Source: an uncultured virus (IMG/VR IMGVR_UViG_3300029267_002644)
Lineage: Duplodnaviria; Heunggongvirae; Uroviricota; Caudoviricetes
Strand: one strand, 5' to 3'
Virus record (IMG/VR): IMGVR_UViG_3300029267_002644
DNA length: 20,000 nucleotides
Shown one piece after another: positions 7,887 through 14,853 of this stretch. The notes beneath the pieces are model-generated. The model saw only the letters and a list, made by a program, of their open reading frames with translations. It was not told where the DNA came from and ran no database searches. Positions within the stretch are counted from its first letter, which is position 1. Each line of letters begins with the position of its first letter. Both the position numbers and the translations under genes were made by a program.

Positions 7887-8217
7887 TTTTGGAGACAACA
7901 ATTTTCCATCTACTATTGGAAGTCTTTCTTCCGTTGTGTTCTAAGATGATATTAGATATTTGTAATCGTTTAATTATCCTTTCTATACTGGTCCTTAAAC
8001 TCCATGGTTCATTGTAACTAAATGTGTTTGACAACTCCTTATCAACTACGTAGCTGCCTTCCTGAAGATTAACTAACCATTCTGTCAGATTTAATATTTT
8101 TTGTGTGTTCCACATGGGATTATTTGTTAAAAGTGTGTGACTACCGGTCTCCAATTGTTGGTTGATAGTTTCTTTGAGTTTTTTGATCATCTTCTTCTTA
8201 GACTCTGAGTTTTTCAT
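7879..8217 (-). CDS. Hypothetical protein with internal ~30-34 aa repeats; true N-terminus probably lies upstream of 8217
   Basis: No RBS before ATG 8217. In-frame upstream codons give RSHIFITNHPMKN, similar to internal GSHTLLTNNPMWN; frame closed by TGA at 8259-8257. Confidence 0.6.
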   Translation of the reverse strand: MKNSESKKKMIKKLKETINQQLETGSHTLLTNNPMWNTQKILNLTEWLVNLQEGSYVVDKELSNTFSYNEPWSLRTSIERIIKRLQISNIILEHNGRKTSNSRWKIVVSKTM

Positions 8218-8249
8218 TGGGTGATTTGTTATAAAAATATGGCTTCTCT

Positions 8250-8278
8250 TAGTAAGTCATATTTTAGAAGACTTACTA
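8250..8278 (-). other. 9-bp inverted repeat beginning at the stop codon of the mini-ORF MSIWK (8276..8293)
   Basis: TAGTAAGTC-N11-GACTTACTA; AAGGAGGTG RBS at 8310-8302 precedes ATG 8293. Confidence 0.7.
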
Positions 8279-8328
8279 TTTCCAAATACTCATTCAGGCA
8301 ACACCTCCTTTCCCCACTATGGGATTAT

Positions 8329-8363
8329 TTAGAAAGTGGCTGGATACCGAAATATCCAGCCAC
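8329..8363 (-). terminator. Terminator-like hairpin after 8370..9233
   Basis: 11-bp stem GTGGCTGGATA/TATCCAGCCAC (8336-8363), loop TTTCGG, short TTTCT tail, so probably leaky. Confidence 0.75.
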
Positions 8364-8369
8364 CATCTA

Positions 8370-9233
8370 TCATGGAACGACACCAATAAAAGTTGCTTCT
8401 TCTAGCGGTTTGGTGTCAACGCCCGCCTCTTTTAGTCTTTTTATTTCTTCGTTAAGTTCCGCAAGCTGCTCTGCATACATCTCGTGTATTTTGCTTAGGT
8501 CCGGATACTCTTGTTCTCTCTTGGGTGGCAATGGTGGGAGACCAGCTTCTTTGCGCATCAACTCCTTTTTGATTTGAATTTCTGTATACGCAAGTTCTGC
8601 TTCTCTTTTCATTACCATTTCCACTTCCCTTACTTTCCTCTCTGCCAATGCTCGCTCGACCTGCTGCTCAGCACGTAGCCTTGCACTCAAAGCTTCTCGT
8701 TTCGCATCAAGCAACGCCGTGGTCTTGTGATCAAATTGCCAGCTTTCCAAGAGAATACTCTTTAGAAAGATGCCATCATACATACGGAGTTCCTTAAAAA
8801 CCTCTCCTAATACAGCATCCAGTTTCTGGTTTCGATTTGCGATTATAAGACAATCATCAACATCCCAATTTTCGAAGCCACGGGTGAGATGAGATTTGAG
8901 ACGATTGGAAATCAAATCATCCGGACTCAAAAATTTACCAAGATGGTCTAACTTCTGAGGTTCTGCCATAACGCAGTTGAATATCAATCTAGCAAGAGCG
9001 CCATCAGAGAGGATTATACCAACGTCTATCGTACGCTTTGGATGATAGACAGTTGTACTGCTGGTTGGAAGGGGTTGTTTGGACACTGTATTAGCAGAGT
9101 GGTATCTGTCATAAAACCAACTACCAGCCTGCCATACTAACAACCCCCCAATTATTAAAAATGCGCAGATTACAATCCACGCGCCTTTTGGTTTATCTCC
9201 TTCTGGAGGTGCTTGAAAATCCTCTTCTGCCAT
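8370..9233 (-). CDS. Membrane-anchored protein resembling a divergent SPFH/band-7/prohibitin protein
   Basis: GGAGGTG RBS; N-terminal TM; YDGIFLKSILLESWQFD strand followed by an Ala/Glu coiled coil (AKREALSARLRAEQQVERALAERK), the usual SPFH-to-coiled-coil transition. Confidence 0.6.
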   Translation of the reverse strand: MAEEDFQAPPEGDKPKGAWIVICAFLIIGGLLVWQAGSWFYDRYHSANTVSKQPLPTSSTTVYHPKRTIDVGIILSDGALARLIFNCVMAEPQKLDHLGKFLSPDDLISNRLKSHLTRGFENWDVDDCLIIANRNQKLDAVLGEVFKELRMYDGIFLKSILLESWQFDHKTTALLDAKREALSARLRAEQQVERALAERKVREVEMVMKREAELAYTEIQIKKELMRKEAGLPPLPPKREQEYPDLSKIHEMYAEQLAELNEEIKRLKEAGVDTKPLEEATFIGVVP

Positions 9234-9248
9234 CGGCGCACCTCCCTC

Positions 9249-10418
9249 TTATACCTCCTGTTTCTCCTCACCAACCTTGATATCTTCCCAGTCCTTCTTC
9301 CACAGACCAACATGCTGCATCACTTTCACAAAGATCGTCTTCGCGAAAACGATGATGGATTTCCTTATCAACTTATAGCTGATCCTATCGACGATAACGA
9401 AGATCACAATAATCCCAAATATTTGCCACCATGTGAATCCAAACATAGTCCAATCTCCTTCTTCCTCTATTTGTTTTTGTTGTTTTACCTCTTCTTGAGA
9501 TTCGACAATTTTAGCTGCCGCGTTCTTCCCAAGTTTCTCTAAGAGGTTATCATAGACATCACTGTTAATATGACCAAAATGGTCTTCGAGGATACCTTCA
9601 TCATAGTAGAACTCATACTCCCTGTTCTCCTCTTCTGGCGTCATCCATATTGAGCCGATTTTCTTTAGTTTCCTGCCCTTGGAATCCTCATGTGTTGCCT
9701 TGTTCCAGGTTGGAACATCAATACGGAAACCTCCCGCCTCTCCTTCTAAAAATTTAGCATAGAGGTATCGTTCCTTTTTGGCTCCGGTGAGTTTATCAAT
9801 ATCAACGTCGATTGTCTCACCCTTCACCTTCATAAGAAGTTTGGTGTTCTCACCCTCTTCAGGAGTCACGACGTCTAATGATTCTTTGATTCCCTTAACT
9901 ACTTCCTTGGGATTGAAGTCAACAAGATATCTCCTGAATTTGTCTGTGACATAAAACATGTAGTAGTCGCCTTTGTTTCCACTACACTCGCAGTCAGAGT
10001 TATATATAACGTATAACCCCTCACATAAGGAGTACGGTTGTTCTTCTTCTCTGACGTATACTGCGTGTTGAACTTTGTTCTTATACTTTCCGATCTCGAG
10101 TTCTACAACACACCTCTCGTCAAAAAGACTGTCTTTCGTATCGTCAGACTGACCCATTCGAACTTGGTGGTCGCAAATTTGCATACTAAGATCGTAGTCT
10201 TTAAACTCCAACATAAACTCGTTGGTGTTCATTTTCTCTGCCCCAAGCTGCTCTTCAATCGGCGGTCCGGACTCCCACATCTTTTCCCAGTTAATGAGAT
10301 CGAGCCAACCAGTGAATCCAATAAACAAAACAACACAACCAACAATCACAATCCACATATGTTTAGCTTTGATATCCTTATCCTCCTTCGGCCATGATGC
10401 CTTCACCAAACCAGTCAC
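9249..10418 (-). CDS. Membrane protein with N- and C-terminal TM helices flanking a ~290-aa acidic domain
   Basis: TM WIVIVGCVVLFIGFTGW and TM FTWWQIFGIIVIFVIV; start uncertain (TTG 10409 or GTG 10406 fit the RBS better than 10418). Confidence 0.85.
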   Translation of the reverse strand: MTGLVKASWPKEDKDIKAKHMWIVIVGCVVLFIGFTGWLDLINWEKMWESGPPIEEQLGAEKMNTNEFMLEFKDYDLSMQICDHQVRMGQSDDTKDSLFDERCVVELEIGKYKNKVQHAVYVREEEQPYSLCEGLYVIYNSDCECSGNKGDYYMFYVTDKFRRYLVDFNPKEVVKGIKESLDVVTPEEGENTKLLMKVKGETIDVDIDKLTGAKKERYLYAKFLEGEAGGFRIDVPTWNKATHEDSKGRKLKKIGSIWMTPEEENREYEFYYDEGILEDHFGHINSDVYDNLLEKLGKNAAAKIVESQEEVKQQKQIEEEGDWTMFGFTWWQIFGIIVIFVIVDRISYKLIRKSIIVFAKTIFVKVMQHVGLWKKDWEDIKVGEEKQEV

Positions 10419-10439
10419 CCCCTCTCATGACCTCTAAGG

Positions 10440-10913
10440 TTAACGTATATACGTACTCGGTGCATCATCTCTCGGTCCACCTGGATTCTTTGTAGAGGTT
10501 TTCGATTTCATCTTTTTGGGTTTGACAGTCTCAAGTCTTTTCATGGGAAACCATAGTTCCTTGATTGGTTTGCCATCATGCATCTCTTGACTTGTCACTC
10601 CAACCTCGACACGCTCGTTGACCCAAACAGTGAGACCAGTAACAATACCTTTGAAACCACAAATTGGGTCAGTAACTTGATCACCGAACTGGAAGTCACA
10701 AGGTATTTCCTCGTAAGGGAGCGTCTTTTCAATAAATTCAGTCCGAGTCAAGTCAAACCATTGACCTTCTTCGGGTTTCCCATCTTTGAGAGTTTGAGGA
10801 TGAACCAGAACCCTTGCACACCCTTCCATCCAGGTTCCCACCGCAACCACCACTCCTTCAAAACCAGTAATCTTGTCCCGTACTTTACTTCCCGGGATAA
10901 TCTCCTTTTCCAT
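10440..10913 (-). CDS. Phage protein with two tandem copies of a small SH3/KOW-like domain
   Basis: GSKVRDKITGFEGVV...DGKPEEGQWFD and GDQVTDPICGFKGIV...DGKPIKELWFP; C-terminal PGGPR. Confidence 0.85.
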   Translation of the reverse strand: MEKEIIPGSKVRDKITGFEGVVVAVGTWMEGCARVLVHPQTLKDGKPEEGQWFDLTRTEFIEKTLPYEEIPCDFQFGDQVTDPICGFKGIVTGLTVWVNERVEVGVTSQEMHDGKPIKELWFPMKRLETVKPKKMKSKTSTKNPGGPRDDAPSTYIR

Positions 10914-10934
10914 GCTAATTCTCCTCCCTTCCTG

Positions 10935-11462
10935 TTAAAATATGTCTTCTTTCATCTTCCCCATAAATGAATCCATCGAGCCATCGTGATTTTGATGCAT
11001 GCAACGATACGCCCAGCGAGCTACCACTTTTGCTGTTTTTTCATCTCTACCATCTAATTGTAACTCCATTACAAATCTGGAGAAAACAAACGACATTAGA
11101 TCTGGACTCAGCATCCTTTCGGCACCCAAACATTTCAAAAACATTTGGAATATAGATGGCAGAGGATTGACAAGGCTGTCCTCAAGGACAACCTTCGTAC
11201 GGTCTTGAAGATTTTCTCTCCATTCATTGAACAGGCTCATACAACATCCTGCTCCTACAGCCAGTTCTTCTCTGTATGTTTCACCAAGGATCCCGCCAAA
11301 TTCACAGAGCTTACAGAAGTGGCGATTCTCGACCTCATCCCATCTCAGCGCGGGACAAGGTCGAGTCTCACCATACAATCTTTGCCCGGCAGAACATGTT
11401 GCTTTGATGCAGCAATATCCACACCCGACACATTCTTTAGCTCCCGGAAATAGTTCACCCAT
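10935..11462 (-). CDS. Cys-cluster protein, YkgJ/CxxCxxCC-like (Zn or Fe-S binding)
   Basis: CVGCGYCC-x4-C, CPAL, CKLC, GAGCC; AGGAGG RBS. Confidence 0.75.
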   Translation of the reverse strand: MGELFPGAKECVGCGYCCIKATCSAGQRLYGETRPCPALRWDEVENRHFCKLCEFGGILGETYREELAVGAGCCMSLFNEWRENLQDRTKVVLEDSLVNPLPSIFQMFLKCLGAERMLSPDLMSFVFSRFVMELQLDGRDEKTAKVVARWAYRCMHQNHDGSMDSFMGKMKEDIF

Positions 11463-11470
11463 ATTTCCTC

Positions 11471-11833
11471 CTAATGAGTTATCAAACCTTTAAGAGGGTT
11501 CTTTGGTCTCATCACACCATCTCTGTGTTCTTCTAAAGGTTTGATACTGTCCTTGTAGTTTGGTGGAAACAATTTCTTAAACGGCACGTTGCCGAAGTTA
11601 CAGATATGAACTAGCTCCCACCGGACTCTTGTCTTTGCTTTTTCGGTTAATATTCGTTCGAGGAAATCCCGTTTGTTCCTCAAAATCCTTTGCTTCTCCA
11701 TTTTGTAATAGTTCCTTTGACATAAAGCTACTGACCGACTTCTTCTTTGCCTGCGCATGTGAACATACATGCAGGTTAAGAGAACAGCGACAGTCATCAG
11801 GAACATATAGACTCCCAACATCAAGTAGTACAT
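11471..11833 (-). CDS. N-terminally anchored basic membrane protein
   Basis: Hydrophobic residues 1-24 then MRRQRRSR; GGGAG RBS. Confidence 0.75.
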   Translation of the reverse strand: MYYLMLGVYMFLMTVAVLLTCMYVHMRRQRRSRSVALCQRNYYKMEKQRILRNKRDFLERILTEKAKTRVRWELVHICNFGNVPFKKLFPPNYKDSIKPLEEHRDGVMRPKNPLKGLITH

Positions 11834-11846
11834 TTCTCCCTTCCTC

Positions 11847-12167
11847 CTACAAATTTATCCATTCACCCTGTTCATTCAATGCGGCTTCAACCTCATCTCG
11901 AGTAAAATCAATTGCTGTTCCACATGGAATGTCAACGACGACGGGGTCATTATCAGTTACTCCTTTGAGTTCATAATCAGACCTCTGAGATTTTTCAAGA
12001 ACCCTAACCCAGAGATGTTCCTTCCGATTTCCGCTCTCAGGTGGAGCGTCAAAACCCAACTTTACCCACTTTCCAATATACCATTCTGGAGGGTAGTTTA
12101 CTGCGTTCGGGTTGGGTTTTGCTGAGTGTTCTCCACAAGTCATAAATAAGTTACTCTGCGGTTCCAT
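11847..12167 (-). CDS. DUF2314/YegJ-like small beta protein
   Basis: VKLGF...EHLWVRV...KGVTDNDP...G..I.F...EV pattern; GGAGG RBS. Confidence 0.7.
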   Translation of the reverse strand: MEPQSNLFMTCGEHSAKPNPNAVNYPPEWYIGKWVKLGFDAPPESGNRKEHLWVRVLEKSQRSDYELKGVTDNDPVVVDIPCGTAIDFTRDEVEAALNEQGEWINL

Positions 12168-12330
12168 CTTTTTCCCTCCAAGTTTTTACTAACACCATCC
12201 GGAAATACAGACATACAATGGCTATACATAAGTTGAGTTCCCAACCGTTCCCTAATGTACAACCAAAATTTATGAATGCTACCATTGTCAAACCGAATGA
12301 TGTCGGATGTGACATTAGTATAGATTTCAA
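12151..12330 (-). CDS. 59-aa hydrophobic protein; below the ORF-track cutoff
   Basis: TTG 7 nt after AGGAG; MKSILMSHPTSFGLTMVAFINFGCTLGNGWELNLCIAIVCLYFRMVLVKTWREKDGTAE; overlaps the next start; first gene after the motif B core. Confidence 0.55.
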   Translation of the reverse strand: MKSILMSHPTSFGLTMVAFINFGCTLGNGWELNLCIAIVCLYFRMVLVKTWREKDGTAE

Positions 12331-12362
12331 AACAATTCTCCTTTCCTTGACGTATTCAATAA

Positions 12363-12374
12363 GTAATATATATA
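12363..12374 (-). promoter_or_regulatory. Motif B core (TATATATATTAC)
   Basis: Heads the 12330-8370 minus-strand block; same TATATATATTACTTA as at 1752-1766. Confidence 0.65.
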
Positions 12375-12377
12375 ATA

Positions 12378-12393
12378 GAACAAACCATAAATA
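12378..12393 (+). promoter_or_regulatory. Motif A
   Basis: GAACAAA-CC-ATAAATA running into the AAGGAGG RBS of 12408. Confidence 0.7.
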
Positions 12394-12407
12394 AGGAGGG
12401 AACTGTT

Positions 12408-13340
12408 ATGAAAATATCTATGAAGTTCGAAACTGCCAAGAATGTTTTCTTGGTTGCAATAGCCATTGCAGTCCTTGGTGCTGCTTATGTCGGCGCCCAA
12501 GAAATTATGAATCACTTTGCTCTAAAGAATAAATTGATACAAGAGCAGATGGTCGTATTGAAAGAGAGTGTTGTAAGCAATCGCATTCAGATTGATACAG
12601 CGGCTCTTGAGAAGAAGATTAGTGACCTAGATAGATCTATTACTGCCCTTGTCAAAGAAAGAGATCAACAAATCACAGATATTGGTAAGACAGTTGTTAG
12701 TATGAAAAAGTCTGTAGATTTAGTTAACAGGAAATCAGAACATGTATACAAAGGAAAGTTTGAGCAATATTATAAAGAGATAATGGCTAAAGATGCAGAA
12801 GGAAATGAGTATCCAATAGCGTGGGTTATGTTTTATCCAAATAACCCTGAGGACAAAAAATGGAAATCTGGCACATTCGCCTCTGAGATTCATCAACAAA
12901 TCGTGTTGGCTGAAAATGATGAGCGTGGTGATGTTTATGTAGAGGCTTGGAAAAAGGTCAAGAAGCGAGGTTATAAGGAGAGAGAATTCCCTCTCAAGAT
13001 TGAGTCTGCTGAATGGGTAAAGCGAGAGAAGACTGACAAAGAATGGTTCTTCAACCCAAGATTATCTCTTGGTGCAGCCTTTAGTAGTGAAATGTTTCCT
13101 CAACTAGGTGTGAGTTTTTGGAGTTATGGTAGAACAAAAACTGACATGGATTGGAGGATTTTAGATGTTGGGATCGGTGTAGATAGTGACAACACATACT
13201 TTACATTCTCTCCAGCTCAGTACAATATTGGACACTGGTTGCCTTTAATTGATAACACATTTATCGGTCCATTTATTGGCGTTAGTAGCGACAGCGATGA
13301 GTCTACTCTGTTTGGTATCTCACTAGATATCCCACTCTAA
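12408..13340 (+). CDS. Envelope protein: N-terminal TM/signal, long coiled coil, C-terminal amphipathic beta strands (spanin-like hypothesis)
   Basis: VFLVAIAIAVLGAAYVGA; heptads over about residues 35-105; alternating strands RLSLGAAF, LGVSFW, LDVGIGV, FIGPFIGV, LFGISLDIPL. Confidence 0.8.
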   Translation: MKISMKFETAKNVFLVAIAIAVLGAAYVGAQEIMNHFALKNKLIQEQMVVLKESVVSNRIQIDTAALEKKISDLDRSITALVKERDQQITDIGKTVVSMKKSVDLVNRKSEHVYKGKFEQYYKEIMAKDAEGNEYPIAWVMFYPNNPEDKKWKSGTFASEIHQQIVLAENDERGDVYVEAWKKVKKRGYKEREFPLKIESAEWVKREKTDKEWFFNPRLSLGAAFSSEMFPQLGVSFWSYGRTKTDMDWRILDVGIGVDSDNTYFTFSPAQYNIGHWLPLIDNTFIGPFIGVSSDSDESTLFGISLDIPL

Positions 13341-13373
13341 AATTACATTTATGTAATTATGGTTATATATTTA

Positions 13374-13389
13374 GAACAAATTATAAATT
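13374..13389 (+). promoter_or_regulatory. Motif A
   Basis: GAACAAA-TT-ATAAATT about 28 nt before the metacaspase ATG. Confidence 0.7.
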
Positions 13390-13416
13390 TCCTGCCAGGT
13401 TAAGGAGGTATAATAT

Positions 13417-14415
13417 ATGAGTTGGATTACGAATTTTTTTAAATGGTTGTCAAATCTATTATGTGATATTTTTGGTTTGGATTGTGGTACGGCTGGAGAT
13501 GGAAAGCCACCAGATGTTGTGATTACGGACCCACCTGGTGATCCGTTTCCCTCACAACCAAATAAGTATGCTGTAATTGTTGGGGTAAGTAAATATTGGG
13601 ATAGCAGTATGGATCTCCACGGTCCTCAAAATGATGTTACAGAGATTTGGACTTTGTTGAAAGACGTCTATGGTTTTCCTCAGGAAAACTTGAGGGTTCT
13701 TGTTAATGAAAGAGCAAAAGAGCATCATATCATTGACAGACTAGAATGGCTACTAAGTAACACTGAAGCTGGAGATGAATTAGTATTCTACTTCTCAGGT
13801 CATGGTAGTCAGTTGAGGGATCGTGATGGTGATGAACTTGATGATGGTATGGACGAATTTGTCCTACCTCATGATTTTACATGGGATACAACACATTATA
13901 TTATTGATGATCATCTTTATGATATTTTCAAGGATCTTGCACCAGGTGCTAATCTGACTATGATTTGTGATTCTTGTCACAGTGGAACAATGACAAGGAG
14001 TATCAAACCACCTAAACAAAATCCTAAGAAACTGCAAGTTCAAAAGAGAGTAGTGTATCCACCATTTGACCTTGAAGCCAGGTTTAAAGACGTAGAACTA
14101 CCTGTTAATAAATTTGGGGCAAAATCTGAAGAGGGTCAGATTAAGTCGGCAGACCAACGACATGTATTGTTGTCAGGTTGTAGAGATGATCAAGTATCTT
14201 GGAGTGCTGTATTTGACGGTGGATACTGGCATGGTGGTTTGTCATATTATCTAGTCAAAGCGCTCAAGAAGAACCCAAATTTGACATGGAGGGAAGTACT
14301 ACCAGAAATTAATAGAGGGTTGGAGGCGAAAGGTCTGGATCAAAACCCTCAGCTTTCAGGAATGGATAAATTATTGGATAGACCCGTATTTGGAGGAGCC
14401 AAAAAAGACGAATAA
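13417..14415 (+). CDS. Metacaspase / caspase-like cysteine protease (peptidase C14)
   Basis: AVIVGVSKY, LHGPQNDV, catalytic His in FYFSGHG, acidic DGDELDDGMDE, catalytic Cys in DSCHSG, p10 LLSGCRDDQVS, QNPQL. Confidence 0.95.
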   Translation: MSWITNFFKWLSNLLCDIFGLDCGTAGDGKPPDVVITDPPGDPFPSQPNKYAVIVGVSKYWDSSMDLHGPQNDVTEIWTLLKDVYGFPQENLRVLVNERAKEHHIIDRLEWLLSNTEAGDELVFYFSGHGSQLRDRDGDELDDGMDEFVLPHDFTWDTTHYIIDDHLYDIFKDLAPGANLTMICDSCHSGTMTRSIKPPKQNPKKLQVQKRVVYPPFDLEARFKDVELPVNKFGAKSEEGQIKSADQRHVLLSGCRDDQVSWSAVFDGGYWHGGLSYYLVKALKKNPNLTWREVLPEINRGLEAKGLDQNPQLSGMDKLLDRPVFGGAKKDE

Positions 14416-14450
14416 AAAATATGGGGGAGGCCGAAACCTCCCCTATTTTT
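14415..14450. terminator. Bidirectional intrinsic terminator
   Basis: A run, GGGGAGG-CCGAAA-CCTCCCC, then TATTTTT, between convergent genes. Confidence 0.85.
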
Positions 14451-14760
14451 AGTGAAAAGCCATTGGGAAATGTTCCCTAAACATTGAGATAAGTATCATA
14501 ATCTCATTTTTCATGGCTTGCACTTGACACCACTTTGTCTCGAAATCCTGAAGGGCTTCTGGAAACATCTCAGCTCCCTTTGTCTGATCGGCTTGTAAAT
14601 CATCGAGTTTTTCCAACTCACCAGATAGGAGATTCAAAATAGGGGCAACCGTTTCCGGAGGAAACTTATCAAGGTTATCATCAAGACTACGTTTTACTGA
14701 TTCACAATAATCAAGGACAGGACCTTCTGAAAGGAACTCTTTTAATGGATTTTCAGTCAT
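14449..14760 (-). CDS. Hypothetical acidic helical protein (103 aa)
   Basis: ATG 14760 follows GGAGGA (the track's 14799 start has no RBS); downstream of motif B. Confidence 0.8.
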   Translation of the reverse strand: MTENPLKEFLSEGPVLDYCESVKRSLDDNLDKFPPETVAPILNLLSGELEKLDDLQADQTKGAEMFPEALQDFETKWCQVQAMKNEIMILISMFREHFPMAFH

Positions 14761-14806
14761 GACGTCCTCCAAATATTTAAAGTCAATAATTATCCTCATT
14801 AGTTAT

Positions 14807-14838
14807 TAATATATTTAGAATTTCGAATTTTACGGACA
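14807..14838 (-). promoter_or_regulatory. Motif B, full copy
   Basis: Minus strand TGTCCGTAAA-ATTCGAAATTC-TAAATATATTA. Confidence 0.75.
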
Positions 14839-14853
14839 GGAGATTTAGCATTT

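Noticed and set aside
8257..8304. Selenocysteine or UGA read-through extension of 7879..8217 from GTG/TTG near 8304
   Set aside because: Needs two UGA read-throughs, the start is too close to the RBS, and there is no redox motif or clear SECIS-like hairpin after the second UGA.
10376..10430. Mini-ORF MRGGDWFGEGIMAEGG overlapping the start of 9249..10418
   Set aside because: RBS-like AGAGG is too close to its ATG and no supporting structure was seen; more simply explained by the main gene's start region.
8221..11976. Plus-strand ORFs such as 8221..8577, 9213..9542, 10038..10397, 10578..10970, 11629..11976
   Set aside because: Antisense to a tightly packed minus-strand operon; no RBS; Ser/Phe/Leu-rich shadow composition.
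12408..14415. Gasdermin plus caspase-like defence pair
   Set aside because: 12408..13340 has an N-terminal TM and coiled coil and lacks the N-terminal Cys and overall layout of bacterial gasdermins; the two genes have separate promoters.
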